Of a stretch of 64,000 nt of DNA, positions 1 through 13,630 are shown one piece after another. Both the position numbers and the translations under genes were made by a program. The stretch spans positions 166,656,001 through 166,720,000 of the forward strand of contig CM097883.1 of the NCBI GenBank assembly GCA_044892505.1, written 5' to 3'. The notes beneath the pieces are model-generated. The model made no database searches. It had not been told where the DNA came from and saw only the letters and a list, made by a program, of their open reading frames with translations. How positions within the stretch are numbered: the stretch's first letter is position 1; each line of letters opens with the position of its first letter. The DNA comes from Schmidtea nova (taxonomy: Eukaryota).

Positions 1-2440
1 ATGTTGTTTAGTTGGATGCAAAGCACTTTATTTCATGATTTAATTTTGATAACCTTAATCCTATAAGAAAAGATTTAAAAATTTATATCAAAAAATTCAC
101 GATTTTATTAATTAAAATTACATGCGGTGGTGGAAAAAAAGTTTGAATACGGTCATCTAACTTGTGATTATTTTGTAGAAAAAAAATTTATTTTATATTT
201 TTAAAACATTTTAAAAATAAAAAAGTCTAATATCCATACTTATGAATAAAATTTAAAAATTAAAATTATACATGAATCATTTGAAAAAGAAAAATAAACT
301 CTACACAAATATAAAATTTTAGTTATCGTATTTTAACTTTTTCCACCTCTGTAAAAGTTTGTAATTAAATTTAATTGATAAAAGAAAAATATTAAATATC
401 TCTTGATTAACATCTTTCATTATGGTTATTTCCAGAAACGAGTATGCCCTCGAGGGATAATTATTATTTATTTGGTTTTGCAAAAGTAACTAATTTAAAA
501 TGTTTAACAATTTTCTATAAAATTTCCTACTCGGACGCATCAACTCGTTAATATTAATTTCAAAATTGCTAATCAAAAATATTTTTATTTATTTTTTATA
601 TTATTAATAAATTAAAAATAAATGCCTTTAATATGATGTAATACAAAAGAAATATCTATTAGTAAATTAAAACGTGAGTGTTTACCTCGAGGACAATATA
701 AAGATGTCTATTTTAAAAAAATTTATTATTCATATCAATTAAACAAATTAAATTAAAATACGTGGGAAAAGCATATTAATGTCGTTCAGGCATTTGAACC
801 TTAATATTTCATTATTTGTAGAAGAGGTTTACAAATCACAAGATCTATTTAATTAATTATTTGTTTTAATTAATGTAAATTTTAAATAATTATTCCTCTA
901 ATAAAAAATAAAGAACTAAAAAATATTATATACCAATTAATAGAAATCCGAAAGATAGAATCATCTGCAGTATTGCTAGAAAAATAAAAGAATATTGAAA
1001 ATAAATTTAAAAATTAAAAATTCTTTACTTTTCATAGGTTTAATGTGGCAAATATCAATAATTTTAGTTAAACAATTGTTTAAATTTATATGCAAATACA
1101 TACTTCATTAAAAGACTAATAAAAATGAAAGAAAATTCTGATTGGCTTATAAAATATAAAATGTATATTTCTTTTCAAAATTCATCTTTATATTTAGCTC
1201 TTAAAATTAAATAAAAATTAAATTTATAATTATAATTTACAATAAAAATATCAGTTTAGAAAAAATTTTTCCTTATTATTCATTGTTTAAATAATCTCAT
1301 AAAACTATTTAAGATTTTAAAATTGATTAAAATTATATTTTTATTGATATTTCGTAATTATATACTGATTTAGTTTTTATTTCAATATTAAAATTTCAAT
1401 AATATCATCAGGGTTATGCAAAAATTAAATACTGTGAAAATTTAAATGAAAAAAATAAACTAATTTTCTGTAAAATTGGCTTAAATTCTGAACGCATTCA
1501 AGTGCAGAATTTTAATTAAAATGTTTAAAATCAAAAATCAATATTTCCAAGAATAAAGATGTAGAAGTTAAGGGGCAGATGGAATGTTAAACACGAATAT
1601 AATAATTTTCAGTTGATAGAGACGAGAGATTCCGGATAATGCAAGTAATAAGCTGACAAGAGTGAAATTTCTGATTTGTTTAAATGTGTCGAAAATACAA
1701 ACTCAGACTTAAGTAGTTAATTTAAAACATACAATTACATCAAATTACTGAAAAATAAGAACATTACAAAGGAAGTTCAATAGACATGATTTATTAAAAT
1801 ATTAAAACGAAAGAGGTTGCAAGCACTAACACAGTAGATATATGAACACGCATTTTGTAAGACTGTAAAGATAGGAAAATCCATATGCATCATTTCACCA
1901 ATCAAAAAGCAAGGGACAAATCTGAAACAGATTTTTTGAAGCCATTAGACTTTAATCTTGTATGTACAGTACTAACACTGATATTCAGATCGCTGACTGC
2001 ATACTCTTGAAAATTTGACGCTCTTCTAGGATTAATTTCTTTAATCAGTAGGTAGATGTGATCCCCATGAATCAGTATGAATTATTGCACTCCCGATGAA
2101 AACGTTGTCCCAAAATATTTTTGAATCAGAACCCGCCGTTTAACAGTGCTTAGTTGATTGCCTTCACAATTGACTTCATCCTTAAAACTATTATTACAAA
2201 CCACCTTCTTATAATTAATAACTTTTACGTCAGTATAACGGCATATGCTGTTGACATTGTCTTAATTTCTGATTGCGTTGATGGTATCTCAAAAATATTT
2301 CACGATAACATAAAACTTACTAATATAGCCAACCAACAAATTAGACCTAACAATTGTGACCACTTTCAACTCTTCAGTAACAATTTCAATAAACCTATAT
2401 ATATATATATATATAATATATAGGAGAGCTAACTATCTAA

Positions 2441-2740
2441 ATGAATCCAAGTATCCCAGAAAAGCATACCAACCCCTTTGTTTTGTTTTGCATACCCCGC
2501 ATATATAAATATGATAAACCTATCCCTTGTATTTATGAAAATAATTTATGTAAATACTTTGGTGTGAACTTTAGTAACAAAGGGAAACACAATATTGACA
2601 GTACCCTTAATACTGCACTTTCTGATAGTAAGACTCTCTTCGCTTCTGATCTTGATTCTGCCCAAAAATATATACCTTCAAAACCTTCATACACTCACGT
2701 CAAATCTTTTCTCTCCGCAACTACATTATTAATAATATGA
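2441..2740 (+). pseudogene. Degenerate fragment of an RLE-type non-LTR retrotransposon RT (thumb region)
   Basis: The translation CKYFGV...TALSDSKTLFASDLDSAQK parallels YQYLGV...EALKDTKKLADSDLLGWQK in the RLE element at about 59720-59840 of this window. No catalytic RT motifs are retained. Confidence 0.5.
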
Positions 2741-3139
2741 TTCTTGACTCTAGTAGACAGAAAAGCGTAGAAGGCAATCCAAAACAGGCAGGTTTTGGCC
2801 AAAAAGTAAGAAAAAATATTAAAATTTCTCTAAATGATATACACTTAAATAATAACTTTTTTCACTCACATATCACTAGGAGATTTTGGTCTTGTACCAA
2901 GTACTGACAAATATTTTATACAAATTATTACCCATCTTTCTAGACTTTTAAACTCACAACATAATGAAATGAAGTATTTCATCATACATTAAATGATCAA
3001 TGCTTGTAATACTAGATTTAAAAAATAAAAATAGCGATTTAGAAAAGGCCCTAGGATCTATTAATGTTGATATAAAAGGTGATAATAGTGGACCCAAATG
3101 CCTTTTTAAAAGATTATGCTCAGCTAACAATTTGTTTAA

Positions 3140-4130
3140 AAAATGTACACATGTTTTTTATTTACCATTAAAATCTATAATTCAGTTCAAAATTAACAGA
3201 GTCTTTTTTTACCCTAGAAAAATATTGGAGTTGAAAATCCAGTACAAAATAAATTCAATCTATTTTACTTGTTTAAAAAATTTACACGTGTTTTTTTATT
3301 TACCATTAAAATCTCTATTTTAAATTTTTGTTCAAAATTACCAGACTCTCTTTTTGACCAAGAAAATCTGTGAGTTGAAAATTCTATTCAAAATAATTTA
3401 AATATATTTTACTTGTTTAAAGTATTTATACGTGTTTTTATTTACCATTAAAATCTATATTTCAGTTTTAGGTCAATAATTTATTAATTACTACAAACAA
3501 AACATGACTAGGCATGCAAAGACAGTGGTAGGTTCTCCCCGTAAGTCCGGGATATCACATACCCCTAGGTATTTTTGGTTTGAGGTGCAGTAATTTTAAG
3601 AGTCTTTCCGCAGTTATCTCTTTACCAGAGTCCTTTTTTGCCTGACGAAATTGTGGGAGTTGAAAATCATATTCAAAATATCAAAAATAAATCTGAACAT
3701 TTTTGAATTTTTGGAAAATGTCGGAGTTGACCCTTTTTACATGTAAAAATTAGTCAAATGAGACAAATTTTCATGTTTTTACTTTTTTAACCATTATTGT
3801 TTGCCTTTCAATTCTCAGTAGATTTGTATAAAAAATATTGAATTCTGACAATTTTTGAATATTTGGAAATTGCCGGAGTCGACCCTTATTATGAGTAAAA
3901 ATTAGTCTGATGAGTCACATTTTCATGTTTTTACTTTTTCATTTTGATCATTATTGTTTGCCTTTCAATTATCAGTAGATTGGTATAAAAATTATTGAAT
4001 TCTGGCCATTTACAAAATTTTGGAATTTCCCCGAGTCGACCCTTTTTACATGTAAAATTTAGTCGGCGGAGACAAAATTTTCATGTTTTTACTTTTTTTA
4101 TCCTGTTTTGTTGCTTGTGTATTTCACTTA
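3140..4130. repeat. Degenerate tandem repeat arrays with ~140-155 bp units
   Basis: Recurring blocks TTTATTTACCATTAAAATCTA (~3157, 3295, 3436), GAGTTGAAAAT (~3227, 3372, 3657) and GAGT(C/T)GACCCTT...TTTTCATGTTTTTACTTTTT (~3725, 3876, 4033). Confidence 0.75.
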
Positions 4131-5325
4131 CATTTAAACAAATCAGAAAGTTCACTTTGATCAGTCTAAATTGTATATTTATGATTTGCACTGCTATTAA
4201 AAATTTTTATTTTTTTCACCTTTGATATTTTCTCATTCATTTATTTTTGAATTTTCAGAATAATTTTTATTAATTTTCTATTCAACTCAAATTTTCAACT
4301 AAAAGATTTATGTAATTAATAATGCAATAATTTGATCTATTGTCTGAAAAATTAATTTTTGATATAATTAATTTTAATCAAATTCAATTTTATTTTAAAT
4401 TATAATAAGAAGTTAAATTAGCCTTTCTAGTAAATATTTTTGCTATTTCTACTTAAATTTTACATTATTTTTACCACTTAGAATCTGCTTTTCATCGAAC
4501 CACTTCATTAATAAATTAGTTGCAAATTGCTTTCACAAAATTAAAAAAAAATAAAAATATAAAAATAAAATAAACCTTTTCTGCAAAAATGACAATTTTT
4601 TACACATGAGTTAAATTTTTTAAATGCCTCATTAAATTTTAATGCAGATGCTTCTTTTTGGATAAATGTAAAATTTATAAAAATAAATATTTCTCACTTG
4701 TAAAAATAAGTTTCACTCATTTGTAAAATTAAATTACTTAAATTGATTTTAATAAAAATTATTTTGCTTAAATGTTAAAAATTTTTGGCAGATAAATGTT
4801 AAAGAGTAATTCTTATTCTTTTTACGGGAGAAATATAAAATTATAAAATTAAAATTCGCTGACGAGTAATATTGTCAAACAGGAGATTCACTCAATTAAA
4901 GAAACAGTATAAAAAGGACACGAATCTAGTGTTTGCGCCAGTTGGTCGAAGAACGAAACTCAAAACCTATATAAAAATTTACTAAAGAGAAAAGAGCGAA
5001 GTTTAAAAGCTTACAGAAGGTTAGAATTTGTGTCAAATTAATTGTTTGCGTACGAGAAAAGGGGATCTCCCATTGAAAGACATGCCCATAACGCTTGAAG
5101 AGTGCAAATAACTGTGTAACTGTAATTATGTAGTGAAATTTTAAAATAAAGATTATTGTTTTGTTTTCTGTTAATTTGTTTTTAAAGAAAGGACACGATG
5201 AGTCAGACATTAACCGACTATTTAATAATAACCCAACACTTTTCACACTGATATGATGTATCTCTGGTCAAAAAGACTTGTCAATGGGCAATAAATATTT
5301 AAATATACAAAGAGTATCTTATCCC

Positions 5326-5364
<39 letters not shown>

Positions 5365-5372
5365 TTCTTTTT

Positions 5373-5526
5373 TCTTCTTGTTTCACCTTTGATCTTTTTT
5401 TATTATTAATATCAATAATTCAAATAATGGATGACATGACACTTGATAAAGGCTGTGCCGAAATATTGTGTACTTATTTAAAGAAATTGTTATCTATAGT
5501 CATCCATTATGGGAATTATTGATATT

Positions 5527-5530
<4 letters not shown>
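5373..5530. repeat. Palindromic dispersed repeat, copy 1 (centre-deleted), flanked by (TA)n
   Basis: Contains TTCACCTTTGATC..., TGATAAAGGCTGTGCCGAAATATTG and CTATAGTCATCCATTATGGGAATTATTG, shared with the copies at 9641, 25123, 38150 and 48812. Confidence 0.8.

Positions 5531-5602
<72 letters not shown>
5530..5602. repeat. (TA)n microsatellite
   Basis: Pure TA run. Other runs lie at ~2397-2422, 5328-5356, 11804-11848, 38251-38324 and 38527-38587. Confidence 0.95.
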
Positions 5603-5604
<2 letters not shown>

Positions 5605-8600
5605 TGGAAGACGAGTAGAGTCTTTCTTGTTCTTCCTCACTAATTGTATTTAGATGACCAGGTAAAATTTCTACATCACTACCTATAAAACATTTGGTAT
5701 TTAGGCAAATTAGGATACGAGTGAGCATGAATGCTAAAGTATTTAAACTCTACATTTGCCATTATTATTGCTTATTATTTTAAGTAATGAAATTATTGGA
5801 TATATTAAAAAAATTTTTGATTTTACAAAAAAAAACATTTAACGATAATTTATTTTGCATTTGATAAATAAATGTTAATTTAAAAGATTCCCAATGAAAT
5901 TAAATAATTAAAACATTATTTTAACAAATCAACTAAAATGTGTAAATGAAGCATTATCTAATCATTCCACTAGTTTAATGAAATAAAAATAAATTAATTA
6001 AAAAATTGTCTCGACTTTCCATCAATGATCTGCTAATTAGAAAAACTTAACTAACAAATCTAGAAAAAAATTCATTTTCAAAAAGGTTTTTGAGAAAAAT
6101 ATCTTTTTCGATTTTCTTTGATAAATCCAACAAATTGTGTTGGGTGGAAAAAGTCAAAAACTCGTCTTATGAATATTTTTTCCCTGAAACTAAAAGAAAC
6201 TCCTAACAAAAGATTTGTTTTTTGCTCTTATTTTTTTAAAGACAAATATCTATATTTTTCTTTACCTAATTTCAGACAAAATTAAAGAATTCAATCGAAA
6301 GGCTTTCAAAAGTGGCTTAATTTAAACGTTTGAAGTATTTAAAAATATTTTCCTGTTATGGTTCAAAAATCGAGCTTAAAATGAAATTAATTTTTCAATC
6401 AGTTTTTAATTTTTTCTCTGTTTCTATTGGTTCTTAAATAAATGTAATTGGATAAATAAAAATAGAAAATAATTAATTAATTAAAACAAAGTAAATGGGA
6501 AAGTTTAAGATTTCTTATCTATGAAAAGCACAGTAAATTAATTTGGAATTTTCTATAATAATATAAATTTAAATTTAGTTAAATAAACCTTTAAGAAATA
6601 GAATTAAAATTAAAAATTCTTTTTATTTTTTTATTTGATTTTAAAAAGGTACACAAAATCTCAACCCTTGGAAAAGGCTGGGCTGAATATTTGTGTAACT
6701 TTTTAACAAAAATTAGACCTATAGTCTATGTTGGGTTATAAATGACTCCGCATGTTCTGTTTGATATAAATGTGATAACGCCCAGCACAAATAATTTTTT
6801 TTTAATTGTGTCACAATCACAACAAATCTGTCAACAATATTTCAATCTTTCATCTACACTTTTACTTGCGTCAGGTAGGGAGATCACTCTTTCTGGTACT
6901 CAGTTTTATTTGACCATCTACGCACCTTTAATTTACACTAACTCGGATAATATACTTTTTAAATTTTTACTCAATACATGCTATTCTAAAACGTTCTAAT
7001 ACAAACTAGCTTTGACTTTTCCTGAGTTTTGGTAAATATTTAAATCGCCAAAATATTTTTTGTTTTCGACTAACCGGCGGCTTTTGAGAATTTTTGTTAG
7101 GCCCCTGTACTGGGTTATTATAATAATAATAATTGGAGTTCTCCAAATCTGTCATATTTCTTATTGTTGACTAATTTGTCTACATACTCAGGTTTTCTTT
7201 TACCTCAGGGTTTCCATTAAATTAATTTGTTCGGGCTAATTTAATCATTTTATTGATAATTAGGGTTACCACACAATTCTAGGGTTTTTGTTGGCTCGTG
7301 TTTTTTAATTGCTTACAGTTTCCATTATTTTTTAAATAACGATAGAAAAAATTTTCAAACACATACACACACACATCGTCGAGGTTATGACTATCATACT
7401 CATCTAATTTAATTATTTTATTGACAATTCGGGTTACCACAAGTCTAGTGTTTCTGTTAGCTCTTGTTTTTCATTAGCTCAGAGTTTTCATTATTTAATT
7501 AAGTTTTTAATTAACTTGCATTTTTTTAAATATTTTTTTCTGTGGATCCCCCCATTCATTTTATATAATTATATTTGGTTTTGCCTCATCGTTTTCTCTC
7601 TGCCCATACTCGTTTCCCCCACAAAATATAGATTTTATTTTTTAAAAAATTTAAATTTATTTTATACTTTATATTTGTTACATTTTAAAATTAATTATTT
7701 TGTTGATTTCCAAACAATTTTCTGTTCATTTTATATTTTTCATGTTTACATAAACCCCACCATCTATAAAAAACTGAAATTTCTGAAATAGAAACGAAAA
7801 GACCAAAGCAGAAAACAAGAGTTAATAATTCAGAAGAGCAGCTGTGAAAATCGACATTTAATGAAATCAATAAAATATTAATCTATAACCAGAAATGAAG
7901 ATAAAGCAAATTGCCAATGCAAATAATGGATCACCAGTGAGAAAGATAAAAGCCTTGACGAATGTCTTATACGTCATCGTGATATTTTTATTTTATACCC
8001 TAATAAAAATGAAGATTTATTTTTATTTTAGATTAAGGAAAAAGTAAAAGAAAAACAGTAATTTGTTTTCAGCAACACAAACTCTTTTAGATTACGCTGA
8101 TAACTTCACATGATTCAGATTTTCTAGAGCTGCACGGAGATAAATCTAATTATTTAGTAATTGGCGGACTGTATGGTTTCATTTATCTAATTCTGCAAAA
8201 ACGAAATAATAACTATAAGTTAAAATGATGCAATTTAATGATTTACTTCATCTGTATTTATATGGTTAACAGAATTTTTAGATTGATGCTAGATACTTTT
8301 GTTTGTAATATTTGTTTACTGCGTTCTTGATAAATGTATAATCATAACCCTAATATCCCTTGAACAACTGTAAAAATCATCGTTTGTGGAGTAATTGTTT
8401 CAAAAAACATTTATTCTGATTTTAGTAGCTTCTTTCTCATTCGTGGAAAAGATTTGCTATTAAGCATTCTTTAACATGGAAGGAATAAATTCCTTTTAAG
8501 ACAATTTGGCAATCCGCACGTGTATTATTTATAATGAAAATAAATTAACCTTTTAAATGAAATTAAGCTTAACAGAAAAATACTTTGTGAATATATATAT

Positions 8601-8613
8601 ATATATAAATATA

Positions 8614-9640
8614 CCCGGCCTACCAAAAGTCTCCAGTCAGGCAGTTATTTACATATTACAGTTTATAATGAACAGCAATGGGAACAAATGTCACAAACAC
8701 ACGAATGCTGAATGTCTGTATTGCTGAAAGAGTTAGTACTTCGTTATATTACCTTTCATTTGGATAACAAGGCGCACTCGTTTAAGCATTGTATAGACCA
8801 CTTTTGCCATGAAATCAGGGAAAATGTGTGATCATTCCTCATGCAGATGCGTTTACAGTTCGGATGCGTTACGGGCAATGGGAATCCTTTTGCGAACTCG
8901 TCTACCAAGGACGTCCCACAGAAACTCAATAGAAATCAGATCAGGGCTTTGTGGAATCTAATCCAAAAAGTTTGATGTTGTGCTGCAAAAAGAATTCCTT
9001 CATAATGTGCGAAGTATGGATTGGTGCATTATCCTGTTGGAAAATGAGCCTCTCAATTTCTGGGAGAAAGGGAACTAGCTCATTTTCCAAAATGGCACGA
9101 TATTCCACTGACGTCATGTGATTGCTGCACTTCACTAGAGGGCCAGTTTCAAGAGCTGAGAAATGACTCCAAAACATGATGAAGCCTTCTCCATATTTCA
9201 CAGTTGGCTGAATGCAGTCAGGGTTAAATCGTTCTCCTACATGACGCCAGTAGATTTGCTGTCCGTCAGATTTAAAAAGAGTGAAATGTGATTCATCACT
9301 TCAAATGACTGAGCGCCATTGCTCTGTTGTCCAACTCCTTCTCTCCCGGCACTACTTCAAGTGACGACGACGATGAGCCACTACACGTCGTTTCAGCTCA
9401 CGTTGTGTACGAATGCTCAGAAGTTTAGGGTGGCCTGGACGTTGCTTGTTTACATGTGTCTGCTCCTGGCGGTACTTCATCAGGAAGTAGTTAATAGTTT
9501 TTATGGGATCTAAGGTCAATGTAGCAGTTTCACTGTGACTTTTCCACAAAAGTAACATCCGTAAATAATGCCTTTCTAAAAGTATGTAAGCTCTATTCGA
9601 GTAGCCATATTCTAAGAAAATGACAATCCTTCATTTACAT
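8614..9640 (-). mobile_element. Tc1-like DNA transposon, degraded, one end missing
   Basis: TA at 8612-8613 is followed by the candidate terminus CCCGGCCTACCAAAAG. The transposase relic is on the minus strand. The other end is lost where a palindromic repeat begins (~9641). Confidence 0.8.
8731..9608 (-). pseudogene. Tc1 (DD34E-type) transposase pseudogene
   Basis: N-terminal HTH-like region (...RPGHPKLL...), then IFQQDNAPIHTSH and SPDL.SIEFLWD motifs, with several frameshifts and stops. Confidence 0.85.
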
Positions 9641-10005
9641 TATCTTTTTTCACCTTTGATCTTTTTTTATTATTATTATCAATAATTCCCATAATGATGA
9701 CTATAGATCAAAATTTTTTTTTATAAACAATAACACAATATTTCGGCACAGCCTTTATTAAGTGTGTATTATCAAAATAATAATAATAATAATAATAATA
9801 TCATAATTATCTTTTTTCACCTTTGATCTTTTTTTATTATTATTATCAATAATTCTCATAATGACTATAGATCAAATTTTTTTTTATAAACAATAACACA
9901 ATATTTCGGCACAGCCTTTATCAAGTGTGTATTGAAATACACACTTGATAAAGGCTGTGCCGAAATATTGTGTTATTGTTTATAAAAAAAAATTTGATCT
10001 ATAGT
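9641..10005. repeat. Palindromic dispersed repeat, tandem partial plus near-full copy running into a gap
   Basis: Hairpin centre TTCGGCACAGCCTTTATCAAGTGTGTATT-GA-AATACACACTTGATAAAGGCTGTGCCGAA at ~9906-9965. An (AAT)n run precedes the end TATCATAATTATC at ~9798. Confidence 0.85.
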
Positions 10006-10232
10006 NNNNNNNNNNNNNNNNNNNNNNNNNNNNNNNNNNNNNNNNNNNNNNNNNNNNNNNNNNNNNNNNNNNNNNNNNNNNNNNNNNNNNNNNNNNNNNN
10101 NNNNNNNNNNNNNNNNNNNNNNNNNNNNNNNNNNNNNNNNNNNNNNNNNNNNNNNNNNNNNNNNNNNNNNNNNNNNNNNNNNNNNNNNNNNNNNNNNNNN
10201 NNNNNNNNNNNNNNNNNNNNNNNNNNNNNNNN
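10006..10232. other. Assembly gap
   Basis: Run of N. Confidence 1.
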
Positions 10233-10385
10233 GTTTAACTAAATTAAAAATATTTATAATAATGAAAAATAATAAATAATTAATATTAAATACTATTATC
10301 TACTATCTTTTAATCAGTAGTAAAAGGAATTGGGTTAAAAAGTGTGTTAAATGTAACAAATCTTTTTACTATCACTCTTCTTTAA

Positions 10386-10464
10386 CACGTTAGCTGCCAC
10401 GTGAAGCAAGTTATAACGCTATCTCACACTTAATGTGATAATATGTAATGTGGCAGCTCACGTG
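10386..10464. mobile_element. 79-bp piggyBac-like miniature inverted-repeat element
   Basis: TTAA on both sides (10382-10385, 10465-10468). 15-bp TIRs CACGTTAGCTGCCAC / GTGGCAGCTCACGTG match at 14/15 positions. Confidence 0.6.
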
Positions 10465-11795
10465 TTAAACAACCAAAAAAATAATTTTACTAACCTTTGT
10501 GAAAATTAGTTAAAAAACAAACCGAGGGAAGCAAATGTAAGATTGTATATTTAAAAAGAAAACAATAATTTTAAAATCAAGTCTAGAAGTAATGGAAATA
10601 ATTATTATTAATGGTAAAAGAAAAAGATAAAAGAAAATGTAGGAAATGAATAATGAGTTAAAAATATAATTTATGTTTCGTTATAATATATTTATTTAGA
10701 ATAGTTTTATTAAATGAAAAATAATAATTAACAAACTATAAATCGGTGAATTCTTAGTAAATAATTGATAAAAATTAACCAATTTTTTATTTACTATAAT
10801 TTAAGTAATTTTTACAAATTGTTTTATTCGCCCTTAATAACCTGAATTTTTTTTAAATGTTCTTTTTTAACTGTTATTTCTAACAAAACTTTATTAGAAC
10901 GCATCTTACTGCTTGTTACAGCTCGACTGAGGTTTCTTTACATGCATGCAAAGTTGCAAATAACGATTCGATGCACTGTGATGCTAAAGGATAAAACTAG
11001 TGTTGAGGTTCATAGAATCTCAACTTGGTATCTTATAAAAATAAATAAGATAACACTGGTTCAAAGATTTTATTCAATATATAACAATTACAATTACCTG
11101 ATAAAATTTTGGAATTTCACAACATATAATGTATTTTTTATATATGTATTTGTGCGTGTGCTTGTGTGCTCAAATGCGTCCCTGAGCTCGATATGCTGTA
11201 TGCTCGAGTTTAGGCCTTCAAAGTCGATTACAACTAAGAAATTCTTCTTAAGCGAAGTTTTATTGTGTGATTTGACTGAAAAATAAGTCAGTTTATTTAT
11301 TAATTTTTGAGGCACTTAATCTGAAAAATAATGATTGTTATTTTTTTACTTGAATTGATTAAAATTATTTTTAAAACAGAATTGTTTTCTAACCTTGGAA
11401 TTATTTCATTCTGCTGACCTTTTTAGGTTATAAATTTATTTATTTAAACAAACAGTAATTTATTTATTTTAATTTATTTAAACAATAAGTATTATTTATT
11501 TTATTTTTATTATTATTGTTATAATTTATTTTATTGAATTAAAATATTAAAATATAAACCATTTTCCAAATAGTTAAAAAAATTAATTTACATAAAATAT
11601 TTTCACAACAAAATGTTCTTTCAAAATTACATTAAATTTTATCATTAATTGTGTCCATTACCATAAAAATGTCAATAAATGTTCGCAAGATCACAAATTG
11701 TAAATTGATAAATTGACATGATTAAATTGTCAAAAATTAATTGTCGTTCGATTCATTGTTTGATATTGATTACGGTTCACATGTACATTTATTTT

Positions 11796-11851
<56 letters not shown>

Positions 11852-12933
11852 TTTCTATTTTGTAGTCATTAATAATTTCTAATGTGCCAACTATTCTTCC
11901 TGTGTCTAACACAAGGTTAATAAGGGTTAAAGGTGAGATCAGCACATATAATAAAATTAAAAATAAATAAAAATTTGAAATATTTATTCGAATCAAAATT
12001 AATTGAAATTACTTTTAGGAATCTATTAGTAACTTACTTTATTGTTAATTATATTATGAATATGCATTTTTAAATTTAAAAAATAAAAATATATAAAAAT
12101 TATTTGTTTTAACAATAAATTAAAAATAGTATCATTGAATAAACACAATTATCTATCATAATTTACAATATAGTGAATTATGATAACTTTTATTTTTTAA
12201 TTTAAAATCAATATGTAGAAATAAATATGCAAATTAAAGATGTTTTAGTCAGATGTGCAACCAGAAAGAGAAATCATTTCTCTATCTAACTGCATGTGCC
12301 TATTTGATATTTGAGCTCAGATAGAGAAATAATTTATATTTTTGACCAGTGGAACTTTGTTTTTAGCAGTTTTATTGAATTTTTTACAAGGTGATTTAAA
12401 ATTTGCTGTACTTGCTTTCTTTTAAATATTGCATTTTTTGTCTAATTAAATTGGTTTTATTTTTATCGACTGAATCTTATTCTCTGCAATACATCAAATA
12501 AATCTGAAAGATATTATGTGTATTTTCGACAGTTAATATGCATTTTATTGATATGAATAAAATATTTTATTACAAATAATCTTATGTTCTATGATTTGGA
12601 TGTATTTCATTGTAAGGATTGTTTTAATTTATTTTAATAATATTACATGGATTCAATTCACTGAAATATTTTATAACTGTGATGCATATCAATCTGTCTT
12701 TGAAAAATTCTTTGAAATAATGCAATGTAAACTAATAAATATTAACTTCAAAATGTGCTTTAAAATATATTTAATTTTTATAATACGTCAACGCAGGGAT
12801 CCCCAAAGTGCGGCCCTCGAGCAATTCAAATGCGGCCCCTGGCCGAATTTTATAAATTTGAATAATTAAATTACATGGCTTTGTTTTTTAATAGGGCCAT
12901 TTTGTAACATTTTTTAACGAACTAAGTCTTGTT

Positions 12934-13630
12934 TGTGGTGATTCATGCATAGGCATCTGACCACACAGGCTATATGTGTCCAATTGACATTTTGTGGTCG
13001 CCTATATTTTGTAATTTTTGTAAAAACTTTCAATTAATTTTTATGTTTATTAATATTAATATTAATATTAATATTGGTGTTAATATTAATATTGATCGTT
13101 ATTGGTGTTAATATTAGTGTTAATTGTAATATATATATTAATAATTTTGTTTAAAAAAGAAAAATTTTTAGGGCGTTTTAATAAAAAAAAATAAACTTTT
13201 TAAAATGGATGTTGACATTTTTGATGCACTTAATTATTTGACAGGTTCCACAAAAACCAGTGCTAAATTTAAACTCTGTGATTTCAATACAATTTCAGAT
13301 TTGAAAAATTTCAATGACGACTGCATTGACAAAATGGAAGAATATATACAACTTCAGTTTTCATTGATGGGTTTAGATGAAAGATCTATCTATCTAGATG
13401 GTGATGATATACATAACCCAAAATGCTTTATGATTTCTCCTGGTTTACGCAATCGTATATTTAAAGCCGTTTCTACAATTGTTAATTCTTTAAATGGGAT
13501 TTCTTCTGTCTCATGCCAAAAGTCGATTAATTCAAATTTGATTGATCATGAATTTAAAGAATCTCTTGTCAATGAGAAATGCATCAAACCGTTGAACATC
13601 ATTCATATTCCGGACGTAGTAATCCTTACA
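12934..13630 (+). repeat. 5' LTR
   Basis: Starts TGTGGTGATTCATG and ends GTAATCCTTACA. No differences from the 3' LTR seen by eye. Confidence 0.97.

Noticed and set aside
1930-2395. Possible Merlin/IS1595-like transposase relic on the minus strand (GSAIIHTDSWGSH)
   Set aside because: Only one short motif, heavy stops, and no TIR or TSD found.
5468-5728. ORFs with IYIYIY runs (also 11730-11996)
   Set aside because: Translations of (TA)n microsatellites.
11094-11315. Possible host exon (VVIDFEGLNS, GTPase-like)
   Set aside because: Single weak motif with no supporting neighbouring exons.
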